Source: Octopus vulgaris
Lineage: Eukaryota
Direction: 5' to 3'
DNA: 64,000 nt
Assembly (NCBI GenBank): GCA_951406725.2
Contig: OX597818.1
Location: 80,972,001-81,036,000, forward strand
Under the pieces are notes generated by a model, which worked only from the letters and a program-made list of their open reading frames with translations, did no database searches and was not told the DNA's origin. The position numbers were made by a program, and so were the translations under genes. Below, piece after piece: positions 25,590-40,340 of this stretch (position 1 is its first letter; the number at the start of each line of letters is the position of its first letter).

Positions 25590-28500
25590 ACTGGCTTCTT
25601 TCAGTTTCTGTCTATGAAATTCACTCACAAGGATTTGGTTGGTCTGAGGTTATAGTAGAAGACACTTGCCCAAGGTGCCATGCAGTGGGACTGAACCTGA
25701 AACCATGTGGCTGGGAAGAAAATTCCTTACCACACAGCATGCATCAAACACAGTGTATAATATATAATATCTAGCATATCAAATACAGTTTATAATGCCA
25801 TTTCCTCCCCCTTCTGGTCCTTTTGTGACCTCACTTCTCCTCCCTTCTGGTCGCTCATCCTTCCTCCACATATACTAATGTATCAGCTCCAGCATTCAGT
25901 CCTCAGAAGAGAAGTTGGTATGAAAACTAAATTCGACTATTTTCAAATTTGGTTTACACATCTCTCCTCACTCTATAGCCATGAATTTTGAGTAATGACT
26001 GAAAGAGTATGATCATGAATACAAGCAGCTAAAATGGTGGGATGTTCCTCTGAAGGTAAAAAGGGTAAAGTTACCTTTTTGAGTTATACTGATTCATAAG
26101 GGCCAGTTTCTCGGTTTCCATGATGTATATATTCTCCACCTGGATGGGACACCTGTCAATCACAGGGTTTACTCATTTTTGCCAGCTGAGTGGACTGGAG
26201 CAAAATGAAATGAAGTGTTTTGCTCAAGAACACAACACATCAAGAACACATGGCGAGCTGGCAGAAACGTTAGCATGCTGGGCGAAATGCTTAACAGTAT
26301 TTCGTCTGCCATTACATTCTGAGTTCAAATTCAGCCGAGGTAGACTTTGCCTTTCATCCTTTCAGGGTTGATAAATTAAATACCAGTTACGCACTGCGGT
26401 CGATATAATCGACTTAATCCCCTTGTCTGTCCTTGTTTGTCTCCTCTATGTTTATCCCCTTGTGGGCAGTAAAGAAATAAGAAAACAACACATTATCCTG
26501 TCCAAAAATCAAAATCACAATCTTACAATCATGAGTTCAACACCCTAACCACTAAGCCATGTGCCTCCAAATTCCTCTCAAGGCTCTTTGGATTAATGTT
26601 ATTTGAGAGATGAGGGAGTCTCTTCAGGTCAAGCTGTTACTTTGCTGCACTGTGGAGGCACATGGCTTAGTGGTTTGGGTGATGGACTCACGATTGTAAG
26701 ATGCAGTTTCAATTCCTGGACTGGGCAATGCATTGAGTTCTTGAGCACAACACTTCATTTCACATTGCTCCAGTCCACTCATCTAACAAGAATGAATAAT
26801 CAAGGTGGTGAGCTGGCAGAAACGTTAGCATGCTGGACAAAATGCTTAGCGGTATTTTGTCTGCTGTTATATTCTGTGTTCAAATTCCGCCAAGGTTGAA
26901 TTTGCCTTTCATCCTTTTGGGGGTCAATAAATTAAGTACCAGTTATGCTCTGGGGTTGATGTAATCGACTTAATCTCTTTGTTTGTCCCCTCTATGTTTA
27001 GCCCCTTGTGGGCAATAAAGAAATAAGAATGAATAATCCTGTGACAGATTGGTATCCCATCCAGGTGGGAAATAGATTCATCATGAAACTGAGAAACCAG
27101 CCCTTACGAGTCAGCATGACTTGAGAAAGAAACTTTATCTTTTGTGGAGGCATGTGGCTTAGTGGTTAGGGTGTTGGACTCATGATTGTAAAATTGTGGT
27201 TTCAATTCCTGGACCAGGCGATGCTTTGTGTTCTTGAGTAAAACACTTTATTTGATGTTGCTTCAGTCCACTCGGCTGGCAAAAACGAATAATACTGTGA
27301 CTGACTGGCGTCCCACCCAGGTGGGGAATATATATGCCATGAAACTGGGAAAGCAACCCTTATGAATCAGTATGACTTGAGAAAGAGACTTTACCTTTAC
27401 ATCATCATCATCTTCATCATCATTGTTTAACGTCCGTTTTCCATGCTAGCATGGGTTGGGCGGTTCAACCGGGGTCTGGGAAGCCAGGGGGCTGCATCAG
27501 GCTCCAGTCTGATCTGGCAGTGTTTCTACAGCTGGATACCCTTCCTAACGCCAACCACTCCATGAGTGTAGTGGGTGCTTTTTACGTGCCAGGGGAGGCT
27601 GGCAATGGCCACGATCGGATGGTGCTTTTTATGTGTTACCAGCATGGAAGCCAGTCAAGGCGGCACTGGCATCAGCCATGTCGGATAGTGCTTTTTACGT
27701 GCCACTGGCACAGGTATCACAACTACAATTTCCATTTGATTTTTTGATGTTGATGTACTTGACTCAATAGGTCTCATTTACCTTTTTTTGCTGCACTGTG
27801 AAGTCACAGCTCCAGTATTACACACATATGATTAGAATGTTGCAGGGAGATTCTTGAAACTGAACCAACTAGCAGGAGACCTAGTGGTTAACCAAAAAGG
27901 AGATGGTTAGATAATAACCATAGTTTCACAGTTGGTCACTCTTGAGGATCCAGCTGGAAAGTGTAATGGCAGTTGCTTCTGATAGGACCTTATGGAGGAG
28001 GTGATTTAGAGTTCTATCCCTGTGACATTCCCAGGAATACTAAATGGAGGACATTGATGGATGAATGAAAAAACTTGACAGAAACATTTAAAAAACACAG
28101 AAGTGAATATCATAGTCTGTGATTTTGGTAGATGGTTACAAATATTTTGGCAGGGTATTTTTGATGCCCCTGATTCCGGAAGTTGAAAGGTAAAGTCAAC
28201 GTCAGCAGAAACTGATCTCAGAGAATGTAGAGACATGTTATTGAATGCTTCAAAATATTTTGTGTGTTTGTCAATACTGGAGCCTACATGTAGTTCTTTG
28301 ACCTGCTAGAAATAACAGCTAAATCGCCCCCTCCCCAATCCATATTGCACTGATTCATTTTAACAAAAAGTAAGACGCATTGATATAGTCTTGAATATTT
28401 GTTTAAAAAAAAAACACAATGACACCGAATGGTTATGGCTGGAAAACCTTTGATTATTGTTGTGATAAGACTAAAATAGGTCAGTCCTGATTGTGCAAAC

Positions 28501-29189
28501 AATCAATATTATTTACTGACAGTATACTAACATGATCCACAACAATGTGTCTATATGTATGTATGTATGTGTGTGTAGGCACATATGTATGTGTGTATAT
28601 GTGTGGTTATATAGTTTCTTTTCTGCTCTTCAATTAATGTTTACTAAGTCTTGCCCAGTGACAATCTTATACACAAACACATACATGTTTACTTTTACAC
28701 GTGTACTTCTTCACACACTTGTACACACTTATGCCCACACATACACAATTATACTCACACACACAGACTTATATATGCACATACACACACACACACACAC
28801 TTATACATGCACACAAATGTTGGCTTCATTTTTATTTATATATTATCATAATTTACTCTCTTGTGACAAACTTATACACAAACTTACATGCATGCTTTTA
28901 TACATCCAAATTTCTATGCATGCATACTTCTTGCATGCATGCACACATGCATACAAATATGTGCTTCTTTCAGTTTTGGTCTACCAAATCTACTTATAAG
29001 GCTTTTGTCTGCCTGAGACTATAATAAAAAAGAAAAACTTGCCCAAGGTGCCACACAGTGGGACTGAACCTGAAGTCACGTGGTTGGGAAACAAACATCT
29101 TATCACACAGTCACACCTCCATCTAAGAGATTTTTCAGTCCTCATCCAATCAAAAGCAATATATTGACATTTTATGGATAAAAAAATAT

Positions 29190-29497
29190 CTTTTTTGTTT
29201 TTGGATTTGGTTTGCAAGATTCTTTATATGAGTTTGTGTGTTGAAGCATATTCTGTTGTGTCTGGGGAAAGTCATTTTCCGTTTTTTTGCCTTATAATGT
29301 AACACACTCACCGGTAAAATTTCCACTTATTTCTTATTTTTATATTCCTAAAATTTTTGTTGTGTCTTATTGAAAAGGTTGCAAGACGCAACGAAAATTT
29401 TAGAAAATAAAAATAAGAAATAAGTGGAAATTTTACCGGTGAGTGCGTTACATTATAAGGCACAAAAAGAAAATGACTCTCCCCAGACACAACAGAA
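29190..29497. repeat. Asymmetric fold-back repeat with an HHR-like centre. Second copy at 36295-36622; related half copy at 32132-32260
   Basis: Arms of about 115 bp (tgttgtgtctgggga...ttccacttatt / aataagtggaa...tccccagacacaaca) plus a one-sided ~60-bp extension. Confidence 0.8.
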
Positions 29498-29704
29498 AAT
29501 ATTTTTTGTTTGTTTGTTATTATATCCATCTCCAATGCCATCCCAGCTTTTCTCTCAGAATGGAGCATTAGTTATTTAGTCCCAGGTCAGTCCTGATTGA
29601 GTTGACTTATGATGAAAAGATGTTCCAGCTGTGATCATCCTGTCATTTCGTATAGTTGAGAGTACATTAGCTTAGCTGTCCTTTCTAAAACAGCAAGTTG
29701 TGAC

Positions 29705-30120
29705 AAGTAATTTGAAGTAGATTAGGCTGCTATTTCTAGCAGTTTGACGAACCACATAGAGACCCAAAGTGTAATTTGAAAGAGATTTGGCTTCTATTTC
29801 TAGCTGGTTGGTGGAACAGAACCCAAGGGTGTGAGTTGAATGAGATTTGGTTGCTATTTCTAGCAAGTTGATGAATCACATTTGAAGGAGATTTGGTTGC
29901 TATTTCTAGCAAGTTGATGAATCACATTTGAAGGAGATTTAGCTGCTATCTATTTCTTGTAGGTTGAGGGACTACACAGAGACCCAGGTTATGATTTGAA
30001 GGAAATTTGGCTGCTATTTTTAGCAGGTTGATGGGCCACAAAATGATCCAGGTGTGATTTGAATGAGATTAGGCTGCTATTTTTAGCAGGTTGATAGACC
30101 GCAAAAGAGACTCAAGGTTT
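29705..30120. repeat. Tandem array of ~40-60-bp units (ttgaaggagatttggctgctatttctagcaggttgatg..) derived from a dispersed repeat also seen at about 24920-24990 and 28280-28330
   Basis: About 8 recurrences of gagattt(g/a)gctgctatttctagc. Confidence 0.7.
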
Positions 30121-31444
30121 GATTAAAGTTGTGTGGGATGTTGTTTTGAGTCACAGGTTTCTCCTTGTTCTTATTAGCTTGTTGGTTACCAAGCAACTAA
30201 GGACTTCTGTGTCTGTGCAAGTGCTGTGTGCGTGGATGGTCTCTTTGTTGCTAGGTTACCAAAACTTTAGCCCAATCTTTTTCGGTGAACGACTTTTCTT
30301 TCATCATGTTTAATCATCACTCATTATGCATCCATTACTTCTCCTTCACTTTTGCTTAATCACTCATTCTCTCCCTCTCTCTCCCCTCTCTTTCATTTTT
30401 TCATTCGTCCTTTCAGACCTATGTTCACTCATTCATTTACAAGCGCACGCACACACACACACTCACACAACACATACAGACATACAAATACACACATACA
30501 CACAAACATGCATATAGAAACACACACATAAATGCACACATTCACACACACACCCATACACACATATGTGTGGATATGCTGCGGGTTGTGAATACACTGT
30601 CTTCAGCAATCTATGATACCACTACTGCTGCTACTGCTACTGCTACTACCACCACCACCACTACCACCACCACCACCCCCACCACCACCACCACCATCCC
30701 CACCATTACTACAACTATCATTACCATCATTGTCTGATCTATACAAGCATGGAATAATGGACATTAAAACAATAATAATGATGATGATGACGATGATACT
30801 CACACAAGTGCACACACACACACACATACACATACACACATGCACATATAGTTATTCTTGTCTACACTTATATATTTATACTCAGATGCATCTACATATA
30901 CATTTACTTTTAATCATACATGAACACACATACATACATACACACACACACACACTCATGATCCCCGCCCACTCATACACATATGCACACACTTATACAC
31001 ATGCATTCACATATGCACAAGCAATTTTATGTAAACCCTACACCCCTGACACCCTCTGAAATGTATACCTACCTGAGATTATAGTTGTATCATTATGTGT
31101 GTAATAAATTGTTTGTATAGATTGTTTACATAGTAATATCATATTGCATGGCTGAATGGTTAAGGAGGTGACTTTGTGATCACAAATCTCTGAATTCAGT
31201 TCTAATGCATGCCATTTTGGACAATTGTCTTTAGTTATATCTTTGAATGAATCCAGGTTTTGAAAATGAAATTGGGAGGAATGGCTGTGTGGTAAGTAGC
31301 TTGCTTACCAACCACATGGTTCCGGGTTCAGTCCCACTGCATGGTACCTTGGGCAAGTGTCTTTTACTATAGCTTCGGGCCAACCAAAGCATTGTGAGTG
31401 GATTTGGTAGACGGAAACTGAAAGAAGCCTGTCATATATATGTG

Positions 31445-31479
<35 letters not shown>

Positions 31480-32579
31480 ATATGTTTGTGTGTCTGTGTT
31501 TGTCCCCCCCCACACACATCGCTTGACAACCGATGGTGGTGTGTTTACGTCCCCGTCACTTAGCAGTTCAGCAAAAGAGACTGACAGAATAAGTCCTGGG
31601 GTCAATTTGCTTGACTAAAGGCAGTGCTCCAACATGGCCATAGTCAAATGACTGAAACAAGTAAAAGAATAAAGAGAGGATGGGAACAGGGTGTGATTGT
31701 CTGTCAGATGGATTGCTCTTCTAATATTAAGGTTCAATTTAAGGCAGTGAACTGGGAGAATCAATAGCATGCCAGGCGAAATGCTTAGCAGCATTTCATC
31801 TGTCTTTATGTTCTGAGTCAACTCTGCCATTCTTCCTTTTGGGGTTGATAAAATAAGTACCTGTTGAGCACCGGGGTTGACATAATCAACATGTCCCCTC
31901 CCTTGAACTTGCTGGCTTGTGCCAAAATTGGAAATCCATATTAAGGTCCAGCTTTTCTACATTGTATTGTGCTGACCCTTCTTGTCCCCAATATGAATGT
32001 ACTCTTATCTATGAAATGGTTAGTATGTTGCATGTTAATGTGACGGTAGTCTGGTTGATCAAACAACTGGATTACTTATCATTGCTAACTCATAGAGCTT
32101 CATTATTTATATTAAGGTTACTTACCATTTCTTGTGTCTGGGGAGAGTCATATTACCTTGATATATTTAACACACTCACCAGTTCGATTTCCACTCATTT
32201 ATTTTTGTCTGTTTGTTCCAAAAAGCCTTTTCATTGCCTTTTCAACCTTATCAATGAATATTGACTCTGTCCGTTATCAAAGCTGTGTGCCTTTTGTCTG
32301 TTTGAGATTTTGTTGCATGCGTGTGTGCTTGTGTATGCACACATGTAAGTATGTGTGTATGTACGTCTGTATGTACTTACCATATTTTCCAGCATACAAG
32401 TTAATGTTGTACATAGTGTAAATATGTGGGGCAAACATTTAAGTCATTGTCACTATGTTTTCAAATATTATTGCATATCACACAGAACTTTTGGTCATCC
32501 AAAGCTGACTTGGTGTATAAGTCAACTGACTAGTTTTTTGGCCTGAAAATTATGACTTTTATGCCAGAAAATACAATAT

Positions 32580-33000
32580 TTATTGGTGAACAGTCATTGG
32601 CATTGGAGAACTCAAAGATTAAAATTGGAGGACAGGAAGCTATTTGAAAACTGGAAAAAAGTTTCTTGTATCATGATTTGTGCTGAGTATCAAAATGCTA
32701 ACATTATGGACAGCTGCAATGGACACTACAAAGTTGTGACCAGCAGGAAGCTGGACTTCAACTCCACACTTTTGAACAGGGTTTTAGGCTCAATTCAGAC
32801 AGCTATGTGAAGCTGTTAGAGACTGGTCAATCCCTAACGAGAGAGGGTTGTTACTGGAAAGCCATATCTGTGGAAGTAGGATTTGGCTCCATGTTAAACC
32901 ACTAGAAAGAGTCAGAACTGGTTGTCATAGAATTTCTATGGCTTTACCAGCCCTGATAGCTGACCTCCTGATTCCTCTGATTGTAATCCCTTGTGGGGTC
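32580..33000 (+). pseudogene. Second decayed fragment of the same maT/mariner-like transposase
   Basis: Reads KPYLWK*DLAPC*TTRKSQNWLS*NF...PPDSSDCNPL, homologous to 1145-1590. Confidence 0.6.
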
Positions 33001-34934
33001 ACCAAATAGTTTACAAGACATGACCCCCTCAACAGAATGGCAATGTGGCGTTAAAGGAGGTAAAAGTATGATAGGACAGAAGCAGGTGCCTTACCAAAGA
33101 GGAGATACATAGTTTCTCCAGCTGGAAGGAGAGAGAGAAAGATGGTGAAGGTGTACTTCAAGACATGAAGCGAGTATAAGAGTGGGTATAGGGTTTGAGA
33201 AATAGAAAGACTGGATGGATAGGTAGGTTTGCATGAGTGTAAAAGGACTGTGATAGATGGTTAGAGATAGTTATTGAGGTGGACACAGTGAATGTTTTAA
33301 TGTTTATTACTATCAATAAGGTGATGAGCTGGCAGAATTGTTAGTAGGCCAGGCAAAATGTTTAGTGTCATTCATGTTCCGAGTTCAAATTCTGCCAAGG
33401 TCAACCTTGACATTCATCCTTTTGGGGTCGATAAAATAAGTACTAGTTGAAAACTGGGGTCAATGCGATTGACTCATCCCTACCCCAAAATTGCTGCCCT
33501 TGTGGTGAAATCTGAAATCCTTATTATTATTATTGTTATTATTATTATTGATAAGGCAGTGGACTAGCAGAATCGTTACCACGCTAGGCAAAATACTTAG
33601 TGGTATTTCATTTGTTTTTACATTCCAAGTTCAAATTCCTCTGAGGCTGACTTTGTCTTTCATACCGTTTGGGGTTGAAAAAATAAGTATCAGTTGAGCA
33701 CTGGGGTAGACGTAATCAATTTTACCTCTCCCATAAATTGCTGGCCTTGTGTCAGAATTTGAAACCAGTATTCATTTCCAGCATTGGTGAAGGGATTCAA
33801 AATTAGGGGATGGCCCCCGCAGGACTCGTCTGCTATACATTTTATTGACCCCCAGAATGATAAAAGGCACAAGTCATGACTAGATCTTGTGAGATGTTTT
33901 TGAATCACATTGAAAATTCTTTCTTCACCTGTTGAACATAATTTAAATAAAGTTTATCCTTCCCCCTGTAAATTGGGATCAGAGTTTGGGTAAAGGTGAA
34001 ACCGAGGCCCACCTTCCTTTCCCACAGTTCCATGCATCTATTATACTTTTCTGTTGTGTTTTTCAAAAATCAAGACAGTTAAGTGGCATGTGGGGTGAGA
34101 TCTGTTTTATTGAAAAAGACCGCCCAACTATTACTTGATGTACTGGTTATACCTATGTTTATATGTTTAATAAAATTGTATTTGCTTTCACTGTGTCAGC
34201 GCTATTTGTAACCCAAATGATTTCTTAACAGGAATATCAAAACCTATTTAAAGAATGTTAAATATGAATTCTCTCCCTCTGTTCTCCTCTCTTTCTCCCC
34301 CACTCCCTGTTTATGTATATATACATGCATACATATATGTGTGTGTGTTACTCATTCATGCAAAGAGTAAATCTTATGGGAATGTGTCTTTGTGTGAATA
34401 GCATGTCAAGTATTTATTGCCTGCCTGTCCTTGAATGTATGCATGTATTCATATATAGATATGCATGTGTGTGTGTATATTATATTGTAGGTGTAGTTGT
34501 GGCAAGCTTCCATCCCAACCTATTTACTACTGGGTTCAGTCCGACTGCGTGGCACCTTGGGCATGTGTCAAGATGATCTGGTTCCTGACTGAAGATTAGA
34601 GGCTTCGAATGACCTGTCTGTTTTTTTGTGTCGTCTCTTTGTGTAGTTTGCGTTCTTGTCCCCTTTTGTACATTTTATATATAAGTTTTATACATATATT
34701 ATTGTGGCGTAACGTACCCCTTTCTCCTATGTATGCACATTCTACTATATACTTGGGGCAACCAAAGCTCTGTGTGTGTGTATTGTATATATTGCACTTT
34801 AAGTTCAGTGTGTGTGTGTGTTAAATACTGTATTTCAGAATGTGTGTACATATTGTATAGTGTGTTTTTAAATTGTATATATTGTATGTCAATCTTATTT
34901 TAAAATTTACGCAGTTTTTATCCCAATTTTTAAT

Positions 34935-35001
34935 TTGTATATATATGTATATATATGTAAGTATATAAATATATGTGTTATATATATGTGTATAAATATG
35001 T

Positions 35002-35034
<33 letters not shown>

Positions 35035-35111
35035 GTGTATATATATGTGTGTATATATATATGTGTGTATATATATATGTGTATATATGTGTGTGTATAT
35101 ATATATATGTA

Positions 35112-35166
<55 letters not shown>

Positions 35167-35750
35167 GTATATATATATGTTTATATATATATGTTTATAT
35201 ATATATGTATATATATATGTATATATATATGTTTATATATATATGTATATATATATGTTTATATATATGTGTATATATATATGTGTGTATATATATATGT
35301 GTGTATATATATATGTGTATATATATATATGTGTGTATATATATATGTGTGTATATATATATGTGTATATATATATATGTGTGTATATATATATGTGTGT
35401 ATATATATATGTGTATATATATGTGTGTGTATATATATATGTACACATATATATGTACATATATGTATGTATATATATGTATGTACATATATATATGTAC
35501 ATATATGTATATGATATATATATGTATGTACATATATGTATATGATATACATATATGTATGTACATATATGTATATGATATATATATGTATGAACATATA
35601 TATATATGATATATATGTATGTACAGATATGTATATGATATATATATGTATGAACATATATATATATGATATATATGTATGTACAGATATGTATATGATA
35701 TATATATATATATGTATATATATATATGTGTGTATATATATATATATGTA
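34935..35750. repeat. Complex (TA)n/(TG)n microsatellite. Similar tracts at 3720-3990, 12310-12750, 16330-17092 and 37550-38270
   Basis: Directly visible low-complexity sequence; source of the YI/CV-rich spurious ORFs. Confidence 0.95.
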
Positions 35751-36066
35751 GGGCTATTAGACAAAAGAAACAGGCTTGGAGGGACTGGAAGAACGGAGGT
35801 AGAAGGGAATTGTATTAGGCTGCCAGAAGAGAAGCTAGGAGGCAGGTTTATTTAGCCAGAGGGGAAGCAGATAAGAAAAAAATTTGCCAAGGTTCTGTAC
35901 CGTGAGGACCAAAGACTTGAAGTATTTCGTGTTGCAAGACCATGCGTGAGAGAGAATCGTGATGTGGTAAGATAGAAATGTGTCCGTATGGATGATGGTT
36001 CATTTGCACTAAATGAGGCTGCAAAGAGAGAGGTTTGGAGATGCCACCATGAAAGGTTGCTCAATA
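35750..36066 (+). pseudogene. RTE LINE ORF2 internal (pre-RT) fragment
   Basis: Reads EVFRVAR.CVRENRDVV..KCVRMDDG...W..HHERLLN. Confidence 0.65.
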
Positions 36067-36145
36067 TATATATACCTGTATATATGTGTCTATATATATA
36101 TGTATATATATAGACATATATATGTATATATATAGACACATATAT

Positions 36146-36188
<43 letters not shown>

Positions 36189-36294
36189 ATTGCTCTGATA
36201 ACATGGGGATTTGGATGGCTATGATCATAAGTCTTCTTAATCAAGTTTGACCTGTGGCTAAACAAAGTCACTGATAGGCTGACCATTAACCCAA

Positions 36295-36622
36295 CTGTTG
36301 TGTCTGGGGAGAGTCATTCTCTTTTGGTGTCTTATAATTTAACATACTCACTGGTAAAATTTCCACTTATTTCATTTTTATTTTTCTAAAGTTTTTGTTG
36401 CATCTTGCAACCTTTTCAATATTTTTGACGGAAAACTATTGAAAAGGTTGCAAGACGCAATGAAAATTTTAGAAAAGTAAAAAAGAAATAAGTGGAAATT
36501 TTACCGGTGAGTGTGTTAAATTATAAGGCACCAAAAGAGAATGACTCTCCCCAGACACAAGAGAATATGCTTCAACACACGAACTCACATAAAGAATCTT
36601 GTAAACCAAATCCAAAAACGAA
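36295..36622. repeat. Second copy of the fold-back family seen at 29190-29497
   Basis: Arms at about 36298-36422 and 36437-36560, with the extension on the right. Confidence 0.8.
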
Positions 36623-38027
36623 ATTAACCCAACCGTTTAACTCAAAATTCTATGTTAATTGCTGACTAAACACATTATCATTGTTTCAGCATCTACTTTT
36701 CTGTGCTTACACTGATCAGACATGTCTACATCATCCTCATCAACATTTAACACCCACTTTTCATGCTGGCATGGGATGGATGGCTTGACAGAAGCTGGCA
36801 AGGGCGGGGGCTACACAAGGTTTCATAGTCTGTTTTGGTTTGGTTTCTATGGCCAGATGCCCTTCCTAATGCCAACCACTCCACAGAGTGCACTGGGTGC
36901 TTTTTATATGACACCAGCACCCATACCAATGCGTTTTACATGGAACCTTGGTTTTAGGATCTCAATTCTGTTGTGGTGGGCAGGTTGTCTTGAGTACAGC
37001 AATGTACCACAAATCTTGGTCCTCTGTCATCTCCTTTGTACAAATTTATATATCATACCTTGTTTATATCACACTGCTATCAATTATTCCTAGATTGTCT
37101 TATCTTTGTTATCTCTCTTACATGATACAGATGTAAATATATTTCAATTGTTCCAGTAGCTAACAAAACCTATAAATGAACTTTTGACTGGGTGGTATGA
37201 AATTTTGTAATCAATTTATCTTTTAACGTTGTTGAGGTCAAATTTGCCTCTCATTCTTTTGTAATCCATTAACCATGAAATAAGGACAATTTGAGCACTG
37301 GAACTGATGTAATTCACTGGCGCCTTCCCTCAAATTTTTATGCCTTATGCCTTGAGTGGGAAGGATTATTTATTATCTTTTATCATTTACTTGTTTCAGT
37401 CAGTTATCTGTGGCCATGCTGGAGTTTATTCGTCAAACAAATTGACCATTGTACTTTTTTTTCCTAGGCTTGGTACTAAATCTATCTGTCACTGTTTGTC
37501 ATACAGCGAGATAATGAGGACATAAGCCAGCCAATACTAGTTGTTAACTTGTATATATATACATATGTGTGTGTGTGTGTGTGTGTGTATGCGCGCGTGT
37601 GTGTGTGTGTATGCATGTGTGTATATGTGTATATGTGTGAGCGTGTTTGTATATATATGTGTATATATGTGTATATATATGATATATTTGTATATATATA
37701 TATATATATATATATGTATTTGTATATATGTGTATATATATGATATATTTGTATATATATATATATATGTATTTGTATATATGTGCATATATGTATATGT
37801 ATATATGTGCATATATGTATATGTATATATGTGCATATATGTATATGTATATATGTGTATATATATGATATATTTGTATATATATATGATATATTTGTAT
37901 ATATATATATGTATTTGTATATATGTGCATATATGTATATGTATATATGTGCATATATGTATATGTTTATATGTGTGTATATATATGTACTTTTATATAT
38001 ATACATATATATGTATATATGTATATC

Positions 38028-38075
<48 letters not shown>

Positions 38076-38956
38076 TTATGTTTATGTATATATATGTATT
38101 TATGAATGTATATATGTATGTATATATGTATTTATGAATGTATATACGTATGTGCATATGCATTTATGTGTGTGTGTATATATATATATGTATGTATTTA
38201 TGAATGTATATATATATATGTATGCATATATGTATTTATGTATGTATATATGTATTTATGTATGTATATATCACAGTGATTACCGTGGCTGACCAGGCTA
38301 TCAGATGTTGCTATATATCGCTGGTCACAATGCGCTTTGCATTGTTTAACCTTCAAATGATGCCACCCTGCTGTTACCTGTTTCAATCATTCGACTGTGG
38401 TCATACTGGAGCACCACCTTGAGGGATTTTAGTCAAACAAAACAACCCCAGGACTTATTCTTTGTATGAGTATCTTTCTGTTTTGTGTTCATCACCACTT
38501 GACAACCAGTGTTGGTGTGTTTACATCCCTGTATCATAGCAGTGCGACAAAAGACACCAGTGGAATAAGTACTAGGCTTAAAAAAATAAGTCACAGGGTT
38601 GATTTGTTCAATTAAAATCCTTCAAGGTGGTGCTCCAGTATTGCAGCAGTCAAATGCCTGTAGCAAATAAAACACACACACACACACACACACACACAAT
38701 ATTGAAGGCAACTATATGCAATATTAAATGAGAAGGGAAAAATTCAATTACCACTAATTGTGACTGAGTGTGCCAGGTAGTACCTTTATTGCTAGAAATA
38801 AGAGTTAAAAATAAGCAGTGGGCTTCTTTTTTTCAGTTTCTGTCTATCAAGTTCGCTCACAAGGCTTTGGTTGGCCCAAGGCTGTAGTAGAAGACACTTG
38901 TCCAAAGTGCAACACAGTGGGACTGAACCCAGAACCTTATGGGTTTGGGAAATGCA

Positions 38957-39000
<44 letters not shown>

Positions 39001-39799
39001 AGGACGGCTATCTGGTGAGGAAGCTTGCTTTCCAACCAACAATCTGTGGCTTCAGGTGGAATTTCCATCATACACAAACTTGAGCATTATGTCCTTGAGT
39101 AAAGCACATCATTTCACATTGTTTCAATCTACTCAGTTAAAAGAAGCAACAACTGAGTACTGGTACAGTCCTCCCTCCATCTTTGTATCTGCCACATCCT
39201 GGATGTTCTACAAGTCTAAAATGTGGAGGGCAAGAGAATGTCTGTGTCTCCTTGAAACTACATAGGCACCTAAAACAACTAGCAAAAGCATGATACCTGC
39301 TACCAGGTCATACTTCACATTTTTTACATTCAGCACTTCACTTCTTTTGGAGCATAGGCCATTGGCAACTTTTCTCTCCTGCTCTTGACTCTGGGTTGTC
39401 TTCATAGCTTCTCTCCAATCAGATTCCTGCTTTTTCTTGCAGCTTGCTTTTGTATTTTGCCGCACTGCACCACGTTTCCCTAGGAGAAGGTTATCTTCTC
39501 CCAAGTCTTGTTGGTTTTGAATTTTCAGTGATGCTTCTGTAACTTAGCTTTTATCTAGTTAGAAATGTTGGCCCTAAGCAAACCTGTTTTTACCTCTGGA
39601 AAGAGTTGGTTCATTATTAGTATAACCCCTAGATTTTGACCCATCAATGGGTGGCCCTATGAGGATCTTGCACTCTGCTGGCATCACTCTCAGGGTCATT
39701 GAGGCACCCAAACTACCATACCACAAAAAAGTGTAGACCTTGTGGTGGAGGTCACTTTTTGTTTTTTTTTTCTCTTAGGAGAGAGTTCCAAACAAAGTA

Positions 39800-40340
39800 A
39801 GAAGCCACTTACTATAAATGAATTTGAAGAAGGAGAAATTAGGAGAAAAAGAATGAATTTCCTTTTGACTTGAAAAAGTTTAGGTCATAAGGAAAAGGAA
39901 AACAATGACATGGAAGAGAGTTCCTAAATCTGGCTGTTCAAGAGAAAAAAAGCCATGAATGTAGAAAGACTTCCTTATTTGTGGAAGCACAACAGCATTT
40001 GGATGAAGATGCTGTGATGTCAAAATAAGGTGAGATGGCACAAAGCGATCTGGAACTAAGGGAGACAAAGTTCATCAGAGAACTTCCCATGACAATATTG
40101 ACAAAAAAGACCAAGACTGGCTACGTCACAGTGATGTGACAAGGGTTGCAAAGTTGAAGCTAAAGAGAGACTAATCAAATTAGAAACTTACTTCTGAACC
40201 TGGTCGAGGAGTTCCAAGCAACTAGGTAGTGCCCTTGCCCCAGTATGACAACAGCATGGTGGCTGTGGTCTGTGTACAAACTTTTAGAAATTAAGACATG
40301 CAGTTTTACATGTTCTTTGTGTGCAATTTATTGTGCAGGA
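39800..40340 (-). pseudogene. CR1/Jockey-like LINE ORF2 C-terminal fragment
   Basis: Minus strand reads FFS*TARFRNSLP..CFP.PYDL..FKSK, like the FFPRT.RLWNSLP...YDL..FK motif. Confidence 0.55.

Noticed and set aside
30603-31059. Poly-Pro/poly-Gly ORFs (also 17267-17495), tempting as proline-rich partners of an I-BAR/SH3 protein
   Set aside because: They are (CCA)n/(CTA)n microsatellites next to SINE or RTE tails, without credible splice sites.
34935-35764. Long ORFs rich in Y/I/C/V/M/H/T (also at 3694-4201, 12250-12822, 16222-17122, 37482-38137)
   Set aside because: They are translations of TA/TG microsatellites, open in several frames on both strands.
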